The notes beneath the pieces are model-generated. The model had not been told where the DNA came from, searched no databases, and saw nothing but the letters and a program-made list of their open reading frames with translations. This document shows positions 9,020 to 17,645 of a stretch of 20,000 nt of DNA, one piece after another. Location of the stretch: contig CAZCRK010000002.1 of assembly GCA_964501035.1 (NCBI GenBank), positions 55,893 through 75,892 of the forward strand. The letters are read 5' to 3'. Position 1 is the first letter of the stretch, and each line of letters starts with the position of its first letter. Made by a program: the position numbers and the translations under genes.

Positions 9020-11843
9020 TTTGAACATAGCCAGTCTTTTAGAATTATTACATCTTCGTGAGTTTGTTTCATTTGATTTAGAAACTACTGGATTAGATGC
9101 TAAACATAATAAAATAACAGAAATTTCTGCATATAAGTTTAAAGATGGGAAACCATCTGAAAATTTCACTTCACTAGTTAATCCAAAAATTAGTATCCCC
9201 AAAGATATCGTAGAGCTTACTGGAATTTCTGATGAGATGGTGAAGAATGCACCAACCATTGAAGAAGTATTACCACAGTTAACAGAGTTTATAGATGATT
9301 TACCCATTGTTGGACATAATGTTCATTTTGATATAGGTTTTTTAAAATTTAATCTTGAAAAGTCAAAATTACCATATACTCAAAGGTCGCTTTATGATAC
9401 GGTTACTCTGGCAAGAGCATTTATGTATTTTAATAATGAGTTTAACTTATCTGCTGTTAGTCAATATTTTGGTTTTAATACTGAAAATGCTCACAGAGCT
9501 AGTGCAGACACACTCAATACAGGAAATATTTTTGTTAAATTAGTCCAAGAGTGTGCTTCATATCCACTGACAATCATTCAAAAAATATATAATGTGATTT
9601 CACATACAAATATCCCAAATATTGAGTTGTTTAAACATATTGTTGAAGCTAGTGCCGAAAGACATACTGTAAGTGGTTTAACACAATCTGTTCCTGAAAT
9701 TAATTTTGAAAATACATCACATATTTATACTCATACTTCAAATTCAGAAACTGATTTACCATCAACACCGGAAACCTATTTTGAAGAGGGTGGAGTTTTA
9801 CAACAAAATTGGACGGGTTACGAACCTAGACCTTCACAAGTTAGTTTAACAAAAGATAGTTTTGATTCATTTATGGGTGATGGAATATTAATTGCAGAAG
9901 CAGGTACAGGATTAGGCAAATCATTGGCTTATATTTCAGCAGGGCTTATTGCAAGTAAAAAATTAGATATTCCGTTAGTAATTTCAACATATACTAAAAA
10001 TTTACAAGATCAATTATTTCATCATGATATTCCTGAGTTTGCCCAAACTATCGATCAAGATGTTTCTGCTGTTATTGTAAAGGGAAGAAACAATTATTTA
10101 TGCAAAACTAGATTGGAATGGGTAATTAAAAATAGTAGTAAACTTTTGAGTGAAAAAGATTGTGAAGACATATTGCCTGTTTTGATTTGGTCTGAATTTA
10201 CCAAATCTGGTGAAATTAGTGAGTGTAAAGGATTTAGAAAGCAATTTGCGTTTCGAGTTTGGAAATTGATACGAAGCGAGACTGGATTTTGTACATCAAA
10301 AAGGTGCAACAGACACAATGGATGTTTCTTAAAAAATGTTAGAGAAGATATGAATCATGCTGATATAATTATCGTGAATCATTTTCTGCTAATGAGTGAC
10401 GCAAATCAGTCACAATCTAATCTACCTGAACGTTTCATTTACGTCATTGATGAGGGGCACAATTTAGTATTGGCAACTCGGGATCAGTTAACAGACCAAA
10501 TTGGTGAAGATTCTTTTAACGAAAGTTTCACATTTTTCAAACGTAAACATAAGATATTTTCAGATACATTATCTGAGATAGTTGATAAAATACCAAATAT
10601 ACTCCCAATTCTAGATGAATTAGAGAGAAATTCAAAAGATTTGAAATCAATATTAAATGATTTTTTTCAATCGTATTTATCATCTAAAAAATCTGAATTT
10701 GAACAATCTGATTTTTATGAAACAAATGTCCGATATACGAACGCCCTAGATGAATTTATTGAGGTTTCTCCGATTCCAGATGATATTATTAACAAGTTAA
10801 AGAAATATTATAACCTAGCTATGGGTTATTCCCAAGAATTGCAAAAATTTAAGGAAGAACTGAAGGGCACTTATTTAAGCGAAGTTTCTATTCAGATAGG
10901 TCGTTTAGAACAGTTTATCTCAGTGTTTAGTAAATGTTTTACAGATTCAGTTGATACCATTATGTGGTCATCATTTATTCGTTCATCATTTAAACGAAAA
11001 GTATTCTTAAACAATGCGCCTTTACAAGTTAATTCATTTATCGCAGATAATATTTTTTCTCGAGAAAATGGAGGAATTATTTGTTCTGCAACTTTAACAG
11101 TGGAAGATTCTTTTTCATATATTAAAGAAACAATAGGTCTTGATAAAGTGAATCATTTTAAAAATGTTGACGAAAAATTATATCATTCACCTTTTCATTA
11201 TGAGGACCAAGTTTCATTATTTGCATTAAAATCTGATTTGAATGCAAATTCATCAGAATTTCTTCGTTTAATTGCCAATCAAATAGATGAAATCACCCAG
11301 AAATATAAAAAACGAATGTTAGTTTTATGTACTTCCTATAAACAGACAAAAGTGTTAAAAGATGTGTTGCATCCAAAAATGTTTCAGTTAGAAAGAAGAC
11401 TTTTAGTTCAAACCCCGGGTGCCAACCGGAGAGCTTTAGTTCAAAACTATTTGGATAACCCTCAATCAATATTGATTGGAACATCCAGTTTTTGGGAGGG
11501 GGTAGACTTTCAAGGGGATAAAGTTGAAATATTAATGATAGTAAAGATTCCATTTGGAAACCCAAGTGATCCGCTAGTTTCTGCTCAGATAGATTTATAC
11601 AATAGCGAGGGTAGAAATGCTTTTATGAAATATCAAATTCCCGAAGCTGCAGTGAAATTTAAACAGGGATTTGGTAGATTAATTCGAAGCTTAGAAGATT
11701 CTGGTATATGTATTCTTACAGACCCAAGATTATTAAAAAGTAGATACGGTCATGTTATTTTAGATTCATTACCTGTAGATGTAGTTCCATATTCTTCTAC
11801 GCCGACAATATTTCTAGAATCTCAAAGTAAACTTGGCTATTAG
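9006..11843 (+). CDS. dinG: DEDDh 3'-5' exonuclease (DnaQ-like)-DinG family helicase fusion
   Basis: Exonuclease motifs FDLETTG, GHNVHFD, HRASADT. Helicase motifs AGTGLGKS, KGRNNYLC, IDEGH, FWEGVD, QGFGRLIRS. The real start may be TTG at 9021. Confidence 0.92.
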   Translation: MLEYNLNIASLLELLHLREFVSFDLETTGLDAKHNKITEISAYKFKDGKPSENFTSLVNPKISIPKDIVELTGISDEMVKNAPTIEEVLPQLTEFIDDLPIVGHNVHFDIGFLKFNLEKSKLPYTQRSLYDTVTLARAFMYFNNEFNLSAVSQYFGFNTENAHRASADTLNTGNIFVKLVQECASYPLTIIQKIYNVISHTNIPNIELFKHIVEASAERHTVSGLTQSVPEINFENTSHIYTHTSNSETDLPSTPETYFEEGGVLQQNWTGYEPRPSQVSLTKDSFDSFMGDGILIAEAGTGLGKSLAYISAGLIASKKLDIPLVISTYTKNLQDQLFHHDIPEFAQTIDQDVSAVIVKGRNNYLCKTRLEWVIKNSSKLLSEKDCEDILPVLIWSEFTKSGEISECKGFRKQFAFRVWKLIRSETGFCTSKRCNRHNGCFLKNVREDMNHADIIIVNHFLLMSDANQSQSNLPERFIYVIDEGHNLVLATRDQLTDQIGEDSFNESFTFFKRKHKIFSDTLSEIVDKIPNILPILDELERNSKDLKSILNDFFQSYLSSKKSEFEQSDFYETNVRYTNALDEFIEVSPIPDDIINKLKKYYNLAMGYSQELQKFKEELKGTYLSEVSIQIGRLEQFISVFSKCFTDSVDTIMWSSFIRSSFKRKVFLNNAPLQVNSFIADNIFSRENGGIICSATLTVEDSFSYIKETIGLDKVNHFKNVDEKLYHSPFHYEDQVSLFALKSDLNANSSEFLRLIANQIDEITQKYKKRMLVLCTSYKQTKVLKDVLHPKMFQLERRLLVQTPGANRRALVQNYLDNPQSILIGTSSFWEGVDFQGDKVEILMIVKIPFGNPSDPLVSAQIDLYNSEGRNAFMKYQIPEAAVKFKQGFGRLIRSLEDSGICILTDPRLLKSRYGHVILDSLPVDVVPYSSTPTIFLESQSKLGY

Positions 11844-12053
11844 ATAACTCAGTTTAAATAATAAGATAAATAAAATTGATAGTTGAATAACTACTTTAGG
11901 TGTAAATTTACTGGATTGTTTCAATCGACAATTATTCAAATACATAATTAATGAGTGTTTGATTTGATGATTTAACAATTAGCTCCATAAGTTAGATGGA
12001 GATACAGATTAATTTATTAATTTGTAGTTTTTTAGTTTAAAAAAAGGTAGAAA

Positions 12054-12263
12054 ATGTCAGAGACAAAACAAGGAACCGTAAAATGGTTCAATAATACTAA
12101 GGGTTATGGATTTATTGAATGTGATGGTGAAAAAGATCTTTTCGTTCATATGAATGATATAATCATGGATGGTTATAAAACACTATCAGAAAATCAAAAA
12201 GTTGAGTTTGAAGTTGGTGAAGGCCAAAAAGGACCTGCAGCAAAAAATGTAAAACCTTTATAG
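12054..12263 (+). CDS. cold-shock protein (CspA family)
   Basis: GTVKWFN, RNP1 KGYGFI, RNP2 LFVH. Confidence 0.97.
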   Translation: MSETKQGTVKWFNNTKGYGFIECDGEKDLFVHMNDIIMDGYKTLSENQKVEFEVGEGQKGPAAKNVKPL

Positions 12264-12290
12264 GATTTATAATCAATTTTTGAAATAACT

Positions 12291-12320
12291 AAAGGTCATC
12301 TTTCGAGATGACCTTTTTAT
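12291..12320 (+). terminator. intrinsic terminator after the first csp gene
   Basis: AAAGGTCATCT-TTCG-AGATGACCTTT, a perfect 11-bp stem followed by a T run. Confidence 0.88.
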
Positions 12321-12344
12321 TAATATGGAGTTTTCAATCATCTA

Positions 12345-13748
12345 ATGAACATAATTGAAAAATTAAAAATATCAGGAGAATATGTTTATCCTATTATAGA
12401 AGGTGGTAAAGGTATTGGTGTAAGTGATGGAGTTACTGCAGGTTCATTTGCACAAGCAGGTGCAGTTGGAACAATTTCTGGTGTGTTTCCAAACATGCTT
12501 AATGAAGTTGGGAAAGTCATATTCCCTCAGTTTATTGGAAAAACTCGACTTGATAGATTTAATGAACTGGTTGAACAATGTATTACTGGATGTTTAGATC
12601 AAATTGATATTGCAAATAAAATCTCTGATGGGAATGGCCGAATACATTTAAATATTTTATGGGGTATGGCTGGTGCAGAACGAATTTTAAATGATGTGTT
12701 AGAATCTGCAAAGGACAAAATTCATGGAATTACATGTGGTGCTGGTATGCCATACAAACTTGCGAATGTTGCGGAAAAGTATAAAGTGTACTATTATCCA
12801 ATTGTATCTTCAGCTCGTTCTTTTAGAGCATTATGGCTTAGGTCATATAAGAAATTTCCAGATTTTCTAGGAGGGGTTGTGTATGAAGACCCATGGAGAG
12901 CTGGTGGCCACACAGGTATCACTCAAAAAGAGAACCCACATGTTTTTGAAGATTCTTTTCCACGAGTAAAAGAGTTAAGAAATTTTATGAATAAAGTTGG
13001 ATTAAATAAGACTCCGATTGTTATGGCTGGTGGAGTGTGGTATTTAAATAAATTTAAAGATTGGATAGATAATGTTGATATTGGTCCAATTGCATTTCAG
13101 TTTGGAACTAGACCTATGTTAACAAAAGAAAGTCCAATTTCTACAGCATTGAAAGAAAAACTGTTAAAATTAAAGAGGGAAGATGTAGAACTAAATAAGT
13201 TTAGTCCAACAGGTTTCTTTTCTTCGGCATTAAATAATTCATTTTTAAAGGAACTTAAAGACAGAGCATCTCGGCAGATTGCCTTTAGATTAAATAAGGA
13301 TGAAACGTTTGATACTGAATATCCAGAAACCAAGTCAGCAAAATCATCATTTATTGAAAGTTCGAACTTAGATAAGGTTAAACAGTGGTTTAATAATGGA
13401 TTTACTAAATTTGTAAAAACACCAGATTCAACATTTTTGTTTCTTAAACCTGAAAAAGCAAAACAAATACGAGACGATCAAAAGAACTGCAAGGGGTGTC
13501 TTGCAATGTGTGGGTTTAGTAGTTGGCTTGAACGATCTGAAAATAATTATACTACAGGTGAAATTGCTGACCCACGAAGTTATTGTATCCAAAAAACTTT
13601 ACAAAATGTAATTTTAGATAATGATATTGAAAACCAGCTCATGTTTGCAGGGTCCAATGCCTTTGAATTTTCAAATGACCCACTTTTTAATAAAGCTGAA
13701 TTCCCATCGATTAAAGAGTTGATTCAACAAATTTTATTAGGGAAGTAG
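12345..13748 (+). CDS. nitronate monooxygenase / FabK-FabX-like FMN-dependent oxidoreductase
   Basis: PIIEGGKGIGVS, GAGMP, AGGH, MAGG and FQFGT motifs of the FMN TIM barrel. C-terminal CKGCLAMC...YCI cysteine cluster. Confidence 0.85.
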   Translation: MNIIEKLKISGEYVYPIIEGGKGIGVSDGVTAGSFAQAGAVGTISGVFPNMLNEVGKVIFPQFIGKTRLDRFNELVEQCITGCLDQIDIANKISDGNGRIHLNILWGMAGAERILNDVLESAKDKIHGITCGAGMPYKLANVAEKYKVYYYPIVSSARSFRALWLRSYKKFPDFLGGVVYEDPWRAGGHTGITQKENPHVFEDSFPRVKELRNFMNKVGLNKTPIVMAGGVWYLNKFKDWIDNVDIGPIAFQFGTRPMLTKESPISTALKEKLLKLKREDVELNKFSPTGFFSSALNNSFLKELKDRASRQIAFRLNKDETFDTEYPETKSAKSSFIESSNLDKVKQWFNNGFTKFVKTPDSTFLFLKPEKAKQIRDDQKNCKGCLAMCGFSSWLERSENNYTTGEIADPRSYCIQKTLQNVILDNDIENQLMFAGSNAFEFSNDPLFNKAEFPSIKELIQQILLGK

Positions 13749-13749
13749 T

Positions 13750-14028
13750 TTAACAACTGGAATCAGAGTAAATAGTCAATCCTTTTCCTCTATAATCATC
13801 AATATAATCAATTGTAAAGTTTGACATATACTCTTCATCTCGTTTGCTTACTAAAAAGTCAATACCATCAATATTTATTTTTTTATCATCATTTTGTAAC
13901 TCATCCAGAGTCATACCATAGTTGGGGCCACCTCAGCCAAATCCTGCCATAAAAACACGAACGAATTTGTTTGATTCCTGCTTCAGAATATTAATGATTT
14001 CAATTTTTGCTTTTTCAGTTATTTTCAT
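13750..14028 (-). CDS. HesB/IscA-like protein with in-frame UGA (probable selenoprotein, Sec32)
   Basis: Manual translation: MKITEKAKIEIINILKQESNKFVRVFMAGFG-U-GGPNYGMTLDELQNDDKKINIDGIDFLVSKRDEEYMSNFTIDYIDDYRGKGLTIYSDSSC*. TGA at 13933-13935 occupies the first conserved Cys position. AAGGGA ribosome-binding site upstream. Confidence 0.88.
13896..13916 (-). promoter_or_regulatory. candidate bacterial SECIS hairpin
   Basis: mRNA UGACUC-UGGAU-GAGUUA forms a 6-bp stem. The loop starts 26 nt after the UGA and has G at loop position 2, fitting the bacterial SECIS consensus. Confidence 0.65.
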
Positions 14029-14244
14029 AAATCCCTTTAAAGTGTTTTAATATTGATATGAATTGTTTCAAAAAGTTACATAAAAAGTAGTAGAAATATT
14101 TTTCTTTGTATTTCGTTAAAATTATTTTTAACTTCCTCATAGTAGTGTTGAACAAGTCTTTCACATATGGAATTATTCAAATTATGAAAAGAGTTATAGT
14201 AACATTACATTAATTGATTAATCTGATTTAAAATAGGAATAGAA

Positions 14245-14454
14245 ATGTCAGAAAAAGAAAAAGGAACCGTAAAGTGGTTCAACGCAAAAAAAGGGTTTGG
14301 TTTTATTTCTAGAGAAGATGGAACAGATGTGTTTGTGCATTTTTCAAGCATAAATTCAGATGGATATAAATCCTTAAAAGATGGTGATTCAGTAGAATTT
14401 TCTGTTGTTGAGGGTGAAAAAGGCAAACAAGCCGAAGACGTAACTGTAGCCTAA
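14245..14454 (+). CDS. cold-shock protein (CspA family)
   Basis: GTVKWFN, KGFGFI, DVFVHFS. Confidence 0.97.
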   Translation: MSEKEKGTVKWFNAKKGFGFISREDGTDVFVHFSSINSDGYKSLKDGDSVEFSVVEGEKGKQAEDVTVA

Positions 14455-14602
14455 CTAACGTACACTAATTAAATATCAAATATTTTAGTTTTATTCCAAA
14501 CTATTGGCGTAAAATTAAATCCGACCAAAATAGTCCTTTTTATTTAATATAAATAAAATGTAACTTTGTTTGTTCATTACTTTATAATAAATGGAGGGGA
14601 AA

Positions 14603-15343
14603 ATGTATAAATACTCAATCAAATTAATATTAATATCAAGTACTCTTTTTTGTATGCTAATAGCAAATTCTAATAACCCACCAAATGCTAGAACAGGTGC
14701 TCCTGGAGAATCAACTTGTATAGACTGTCATAGCAGTTATGGACTAAATTCAGGGTCAGGTTCACTTTCATTATTAAATATTCCTGCTGAATATGAAGTC
14801 GGACAATCATATCTAATCAATGTTGAGTTAACTCATTCAGGACAAGAAAAATGGGGTTTTGAAATCTGTGTGAAAGATGAAGATCAAAATCAAATTGGAG
14901 AGTTAAACGTCATTGATAACTCTACAACAATGTCGGGTACCCAAAATGGCATTACGTACATAAAGCAACGAAGTGCAGGTACATTTGATGGACAAATGCA
15001 TAATGCAACATGGACAGTAGAATGGATAGCACCATCAGAAAGTATAGATAATATTACATTTTACGCATCTGGAAATGCTTCTAATAGTGCTCAAGGCAAT
15101 AGTGGTGACTATATTTACACTACCTTAGAAACTACACACGCTGTTCAAATGGAATGCCTTGGAGACGGAGATGCAAATCTAGATGGGGTAGTAAATGTTA
15201 TTGATATTGTAAATACTGTAAACTACATCATTGGAAGTGTTGAGTTTCAGGATGAAAATTTTTGCCATGCTGACGTTAATGTTGATGGTTTAATTAATGT
15301 TATTGATATTGTAAATATGGTCAATATAATTATCGGTAATTAG
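14603..15343 (+). CDS. secreted Reeler-like (choice-of-anchor V) domain protein with CxxCH and C-terminal dockerin-type repeats
   Basis: Signal peptide, TGAPGESTCIDCH, WTVEWIAP and GDYIYT. Duplicated GDANLDGVVNVIDIV / ADVNVDGLINVIDIV repeats. ATG 14603 follows a GGAGG ribosome-binding site (the ORF track starts at 14591). Confidence 0.75.
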   Translation: MYKYSIKLILISSTLFCMLIANSNNPPNARTGAPGESTCIDCHSSYGLNSGSGSLSLLNIPAEYEVGQSYLINVELTHSGQEKWGFEICVKDEDQNQIGELNVIDNSTTMSGTQNGITYIKQRSAGTFDGQMHNATWTVEWIAPSESIDNITFYASGNASNSAQGNSGDYIYTTLETTHAVQMECLGDGDANLDGVVNVIDIVNTVNYIIGSVEFQDENFCHADVNVDGLINVIDIVNMVNIIIGN

Positions 15344-15708
15344 TGTTTCTTAGATTTATTTTATGGTTGTTAGGATTACTACTTACTTCATGTTCATACG
15401 TTTTTCAACCCAAAGATTTGAATTGTGAGGATGATACAGGAGAGTATTGTGCTGTATATACTATTTTAGAATCGAAATGTTTAAATTGTCATTCAAGTAA
15501 TAACCCAGAAGGTTCTCTTGATTTGTCTACCTATGAGGAAATTATAAGCAGTAATGTGATTAATTTTGATGATTTAGAAAGCAGTATTCTTTTAACTAGA
15601 ATAGCTGATGAATCAAATCCAATGCCACCTCCTGAGTATGATACACAGTTAAATGAAAACGAAATTCAGGTAATAACCAATTGGGTTTTGAATGGAGCAC
15701 AGCCATAA
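15343..15708 (+). CDS. monoheme c-type cytochrome lipoprotein (planctomycete cytochrome c-like)
   Basis: Lipobox LLTSC, CLNCH heme motif, GSLDLS, MPP (probable axial Met) and terminal WVLNGA. Confidence 0.8.
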   Translation: MFLRFILWLLGLLLTSCSYVFQPKDLNCEDDTGEYCAVYTILESKCLNCHSSNNPEGSLDLSTYEEIISSNVINFDDLESSILLTRIADESNPMPPPEYDTQLNENEIQVITNWVLNGAQP

Positions 15709-16292
15709 AGTTATTATTCATTATTTTAGTATTTCCAATTATTCTAATTGCAAATGAGTTTACAATTGTAGATAGCTTACCGTCGAATTTACCTGTTATT
15801 AAGAAAATTCTTTGGGGTGAAAAAGGACTGATTAGACAAACTCCATTTGCTCCAAAAAGTAGAATAGAAGAATATAAATTGCGACGTAAGATGTTACAAA
15901 CACATCAAAAGTTGGGTACAATTACATTAGGGTTAATGGCTATGCAAGCGTATTATGGACATCAATTGATTGATGGAAATTATGATAATAGACATATACA
16001 TAAAACTTTAAGCTATGCGTTAACTGGAACATATTTTACGACTGCTTCATTTTCCATTTTCGCACCACCGGCAAGAAAATATTCTCAAAATATATCATCA
16101 ATAAAATTGCACAAATGGTTATCAATTATTCATTTTACAGGTATGATTGTTCAACCATGGTTAGGGTATCAGTCTGCTAACACATCAAATGGGTTTCATG
16201 CAAAACAATATAAAGACTGGCATGTACAAGCAGGAAACATCACTTTTGTCAGTTTTGCTTTAGCATTTTTAACAACATTACTTCCGTACTAA
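15681..16292 (+). CDS. His-rich multi-pass membrane protein (possible b-type heme binder)
   Basis: Several hydrophobic helices, each preceded by or containing His (THQKLG, IHKTLS, LHKWLSIIH, WHVQAG). Start codon uncertain. Confidence 0.55.
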   Translation: MGFEWSTAIKLLFIILVFPIILIANEFTIVDSLPSNLPVIKKILWGEKGLIRQTPFAPKSRIEEYKLRRKMLQTHQKLGTITLGLMAMQAYYGHQLIDGNYDNRHIHKTLSYALTGTYFTTASFSIFAPPARKYSQNISSIKLHKWLSIIHFTGMIVQPWLGYQSANTSNGFHAKQYKDWHVQAGNITFVSFALAFLTTLLPY

Positions 16293-16817
16293 ATGATGAA
16301 AATTATTTTACTATTTGTTATAATTTCCTTTTCAATTGCACAAATTGAATTAGTCTCTTCTACTATAACATACCATGGAAGTCATCCTTTGCATGATTGG
16401 AGTGGAACTAGCATTTCTGCGCAAATCAAATTTGACTGTAACGACTCAAAAGTTTGTTCGGTAGTTATGAATATTCCTGTTGACTCATTTAATAGTAATA
16501 ATGAAAATAGAGATTCAAATATGTATGATGTGCTCGAAGGGTATTACTATCCTCAGATTACCTATATGTTTAAGGATTTAAATTTAATTTCAATTCAAGA
16601 TTACTATAAAAATAATGGGGTACTTACTTTGCATGGTGTCTCTAATGACCATAATCTAAATGTGCATTGCACCAAAAATAATTCTGATATTTTTTGTGAT
16701 TCAGATTTCGACATACGTTTGACAGATTTTAACATTGAAAGACCTTCTCTATTGTTTATGAAAATTGAAGATTTAGTTCAAATAAATTGTTCGTTTCATT
16801 TCAATATAAATCCATAA
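16293..16817 (+). CDS. YceI-like periplasmic lipid/polyisoprenoid-binding protein
   Basis: Signal peptide, HPLHDWSG, FNSNNENRD, YPQI, GVLTLHGV and DFNIERP. Confidence 0.85.
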   Translation: MMKIILLFVIISFSIAQIELVSSTITYHGSHPLHDWSGTSISAQIKFDCNDSKVCSVVMNIPVDSFNSNNENRDSNMYDVLEGYYYPQITYMFKDLNLISIQDYYKNNGVLTLHGVSNDHNLNVHCTKNNSDIFCDSDFDIRLTDFNIERPSLLFMKIEDLVQINCSFHFNINP

Positions 16818-16858
16818 TTCTTCTTTAATATTTTAAAATTTAGTTTTTAATTTACATA

Positions 16859-17290
16859 ATGAAAATTATGTCAATAATTACCCTTACTATTGTATTAATA
16901 TGCTTAAATAGTTGCTCTCATATTTTTAGGGTTAAGGATAACTCAAACACACCACAGAATTTTGTAGTTTCATATTACGAAAATGGAAACATAGAGTATG
17001 AATCAGAGTATGAGAATGGGAAGTTGCATGGTGTGTCCAAGCATTGGTCAGAAAATGGTATTCTTTTAAATAGTGTAGAATATAAATATGGTAAAACACA
17101 TGGTTCTTGGATACACTACTATCCCAGTGGAGTCATAAAACAAATTACGGTGTATAAGTTTGGTAAAAAGAATGGTGATGAAAAATGGTTTTATGAGAAT
17201 TCTCAATTACAATCCGTAGTAACATATGAGAATGGGATGCAAGTTTCAAATATTGTTCGGTATGATAAAAACGGAAATTTGATTTATTAA
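16859..17290 (+). CDS. MORN-variant repeat (YwqK-like) lipoprotein
   Basis: Lipobox-like CLNSC followed by repeated YYENG...YENGKLHG...W units. Confidence 0.8.
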   Translation: MKIMSIITLTIVLICLNSCSHIFRVKDNSNTPQNFVVSYYENGNIEYESEYENGKLHGVSKHWSENGILLNSVEYKYGKTHGSWIHYYPSGVIKQITVYKFGKKNGDEKWFYENSQLQSVVTYENGMQVSNIVRYDKNGNLIY

Positions 17291-17311
17291 ATAAAGTTCG
17301 TAAATCGAAAG

Positions 17312-17402
17312 TGGCGGAGAGAGGGAGATTTGAACTCCCGGTAGGCTTTTGACCTACACACGCTTTCCAAGCGTGCACCTTAAACCACTCGGACACCTCT
17401 CC
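17312..17402 (-). tRNA. tRNA-Ser(GGA)
   Basis: Reverse complement GGAGAGGTGTCCGAGTGGTTTAAGGTG-CACGC-TTGGAAA-GCGTG, long variable arm GTAGGTCAAAAGCCTAC, then GGGAGTTCAAATCTCCC-TCTCTCCGCCA with encoded CCA. Confidence 0.98.
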
Positions 17403-17645
17403 ATTATTAACACATAAATTGATTGAAAAATTACATGTTCACTAAAACATATTACAAGAGATTACAATTCTAATATATAAATATATTTATGACCTTCCGC
17501 AAAAAAATTATACCACATATTAAGTTGCGGTTTTTGTAAAAATGAGTAGTTTGCCAAACACGGTATATTTGTAAAATGTTGTAAATTAAAATAGATGATT
17601 TAGTGGTTTTTTCTTTCGTTTCAAGTAAAAAAGGAGTTTTATAAA

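Noticed and set aside
13933..13935. HesB-like gene as a pseudogene, or TGA reassigned genome-wide
   Set aside because: The UGA is at the conserved Cys site with an intact downstream frame and a SECIS-like hairpin. gcvPB ends at a normal position with TGA.
413..14426. Short shadow ORFs (413-607, 1580-1768, 7211-7414, 7300-7527, 8845-9072, 8981-9307, 9355-9543, 10094-10318, 11293-11565, 13097-13333, 14205-14426)
   Set aside because: They overlap well-supported genes in antisense or alternative frames and have no recognisable motifs.
16859..17290. YwqK-like gene as part of a toxin-antitoxin system
   Set aside because: No adjacent toxin gene. MORN-variant repeats are widespread, and this protein appears to be a lipoprotein.
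17312..17645. tRNA-Ser as the integration site of the DGR region
   Set aside because: The tRNA is on the minus strand, so the DGR lies at its 5' side rather than the usual 3' att side. I saw no integrase or duplicated tRNA 3' end in the window.
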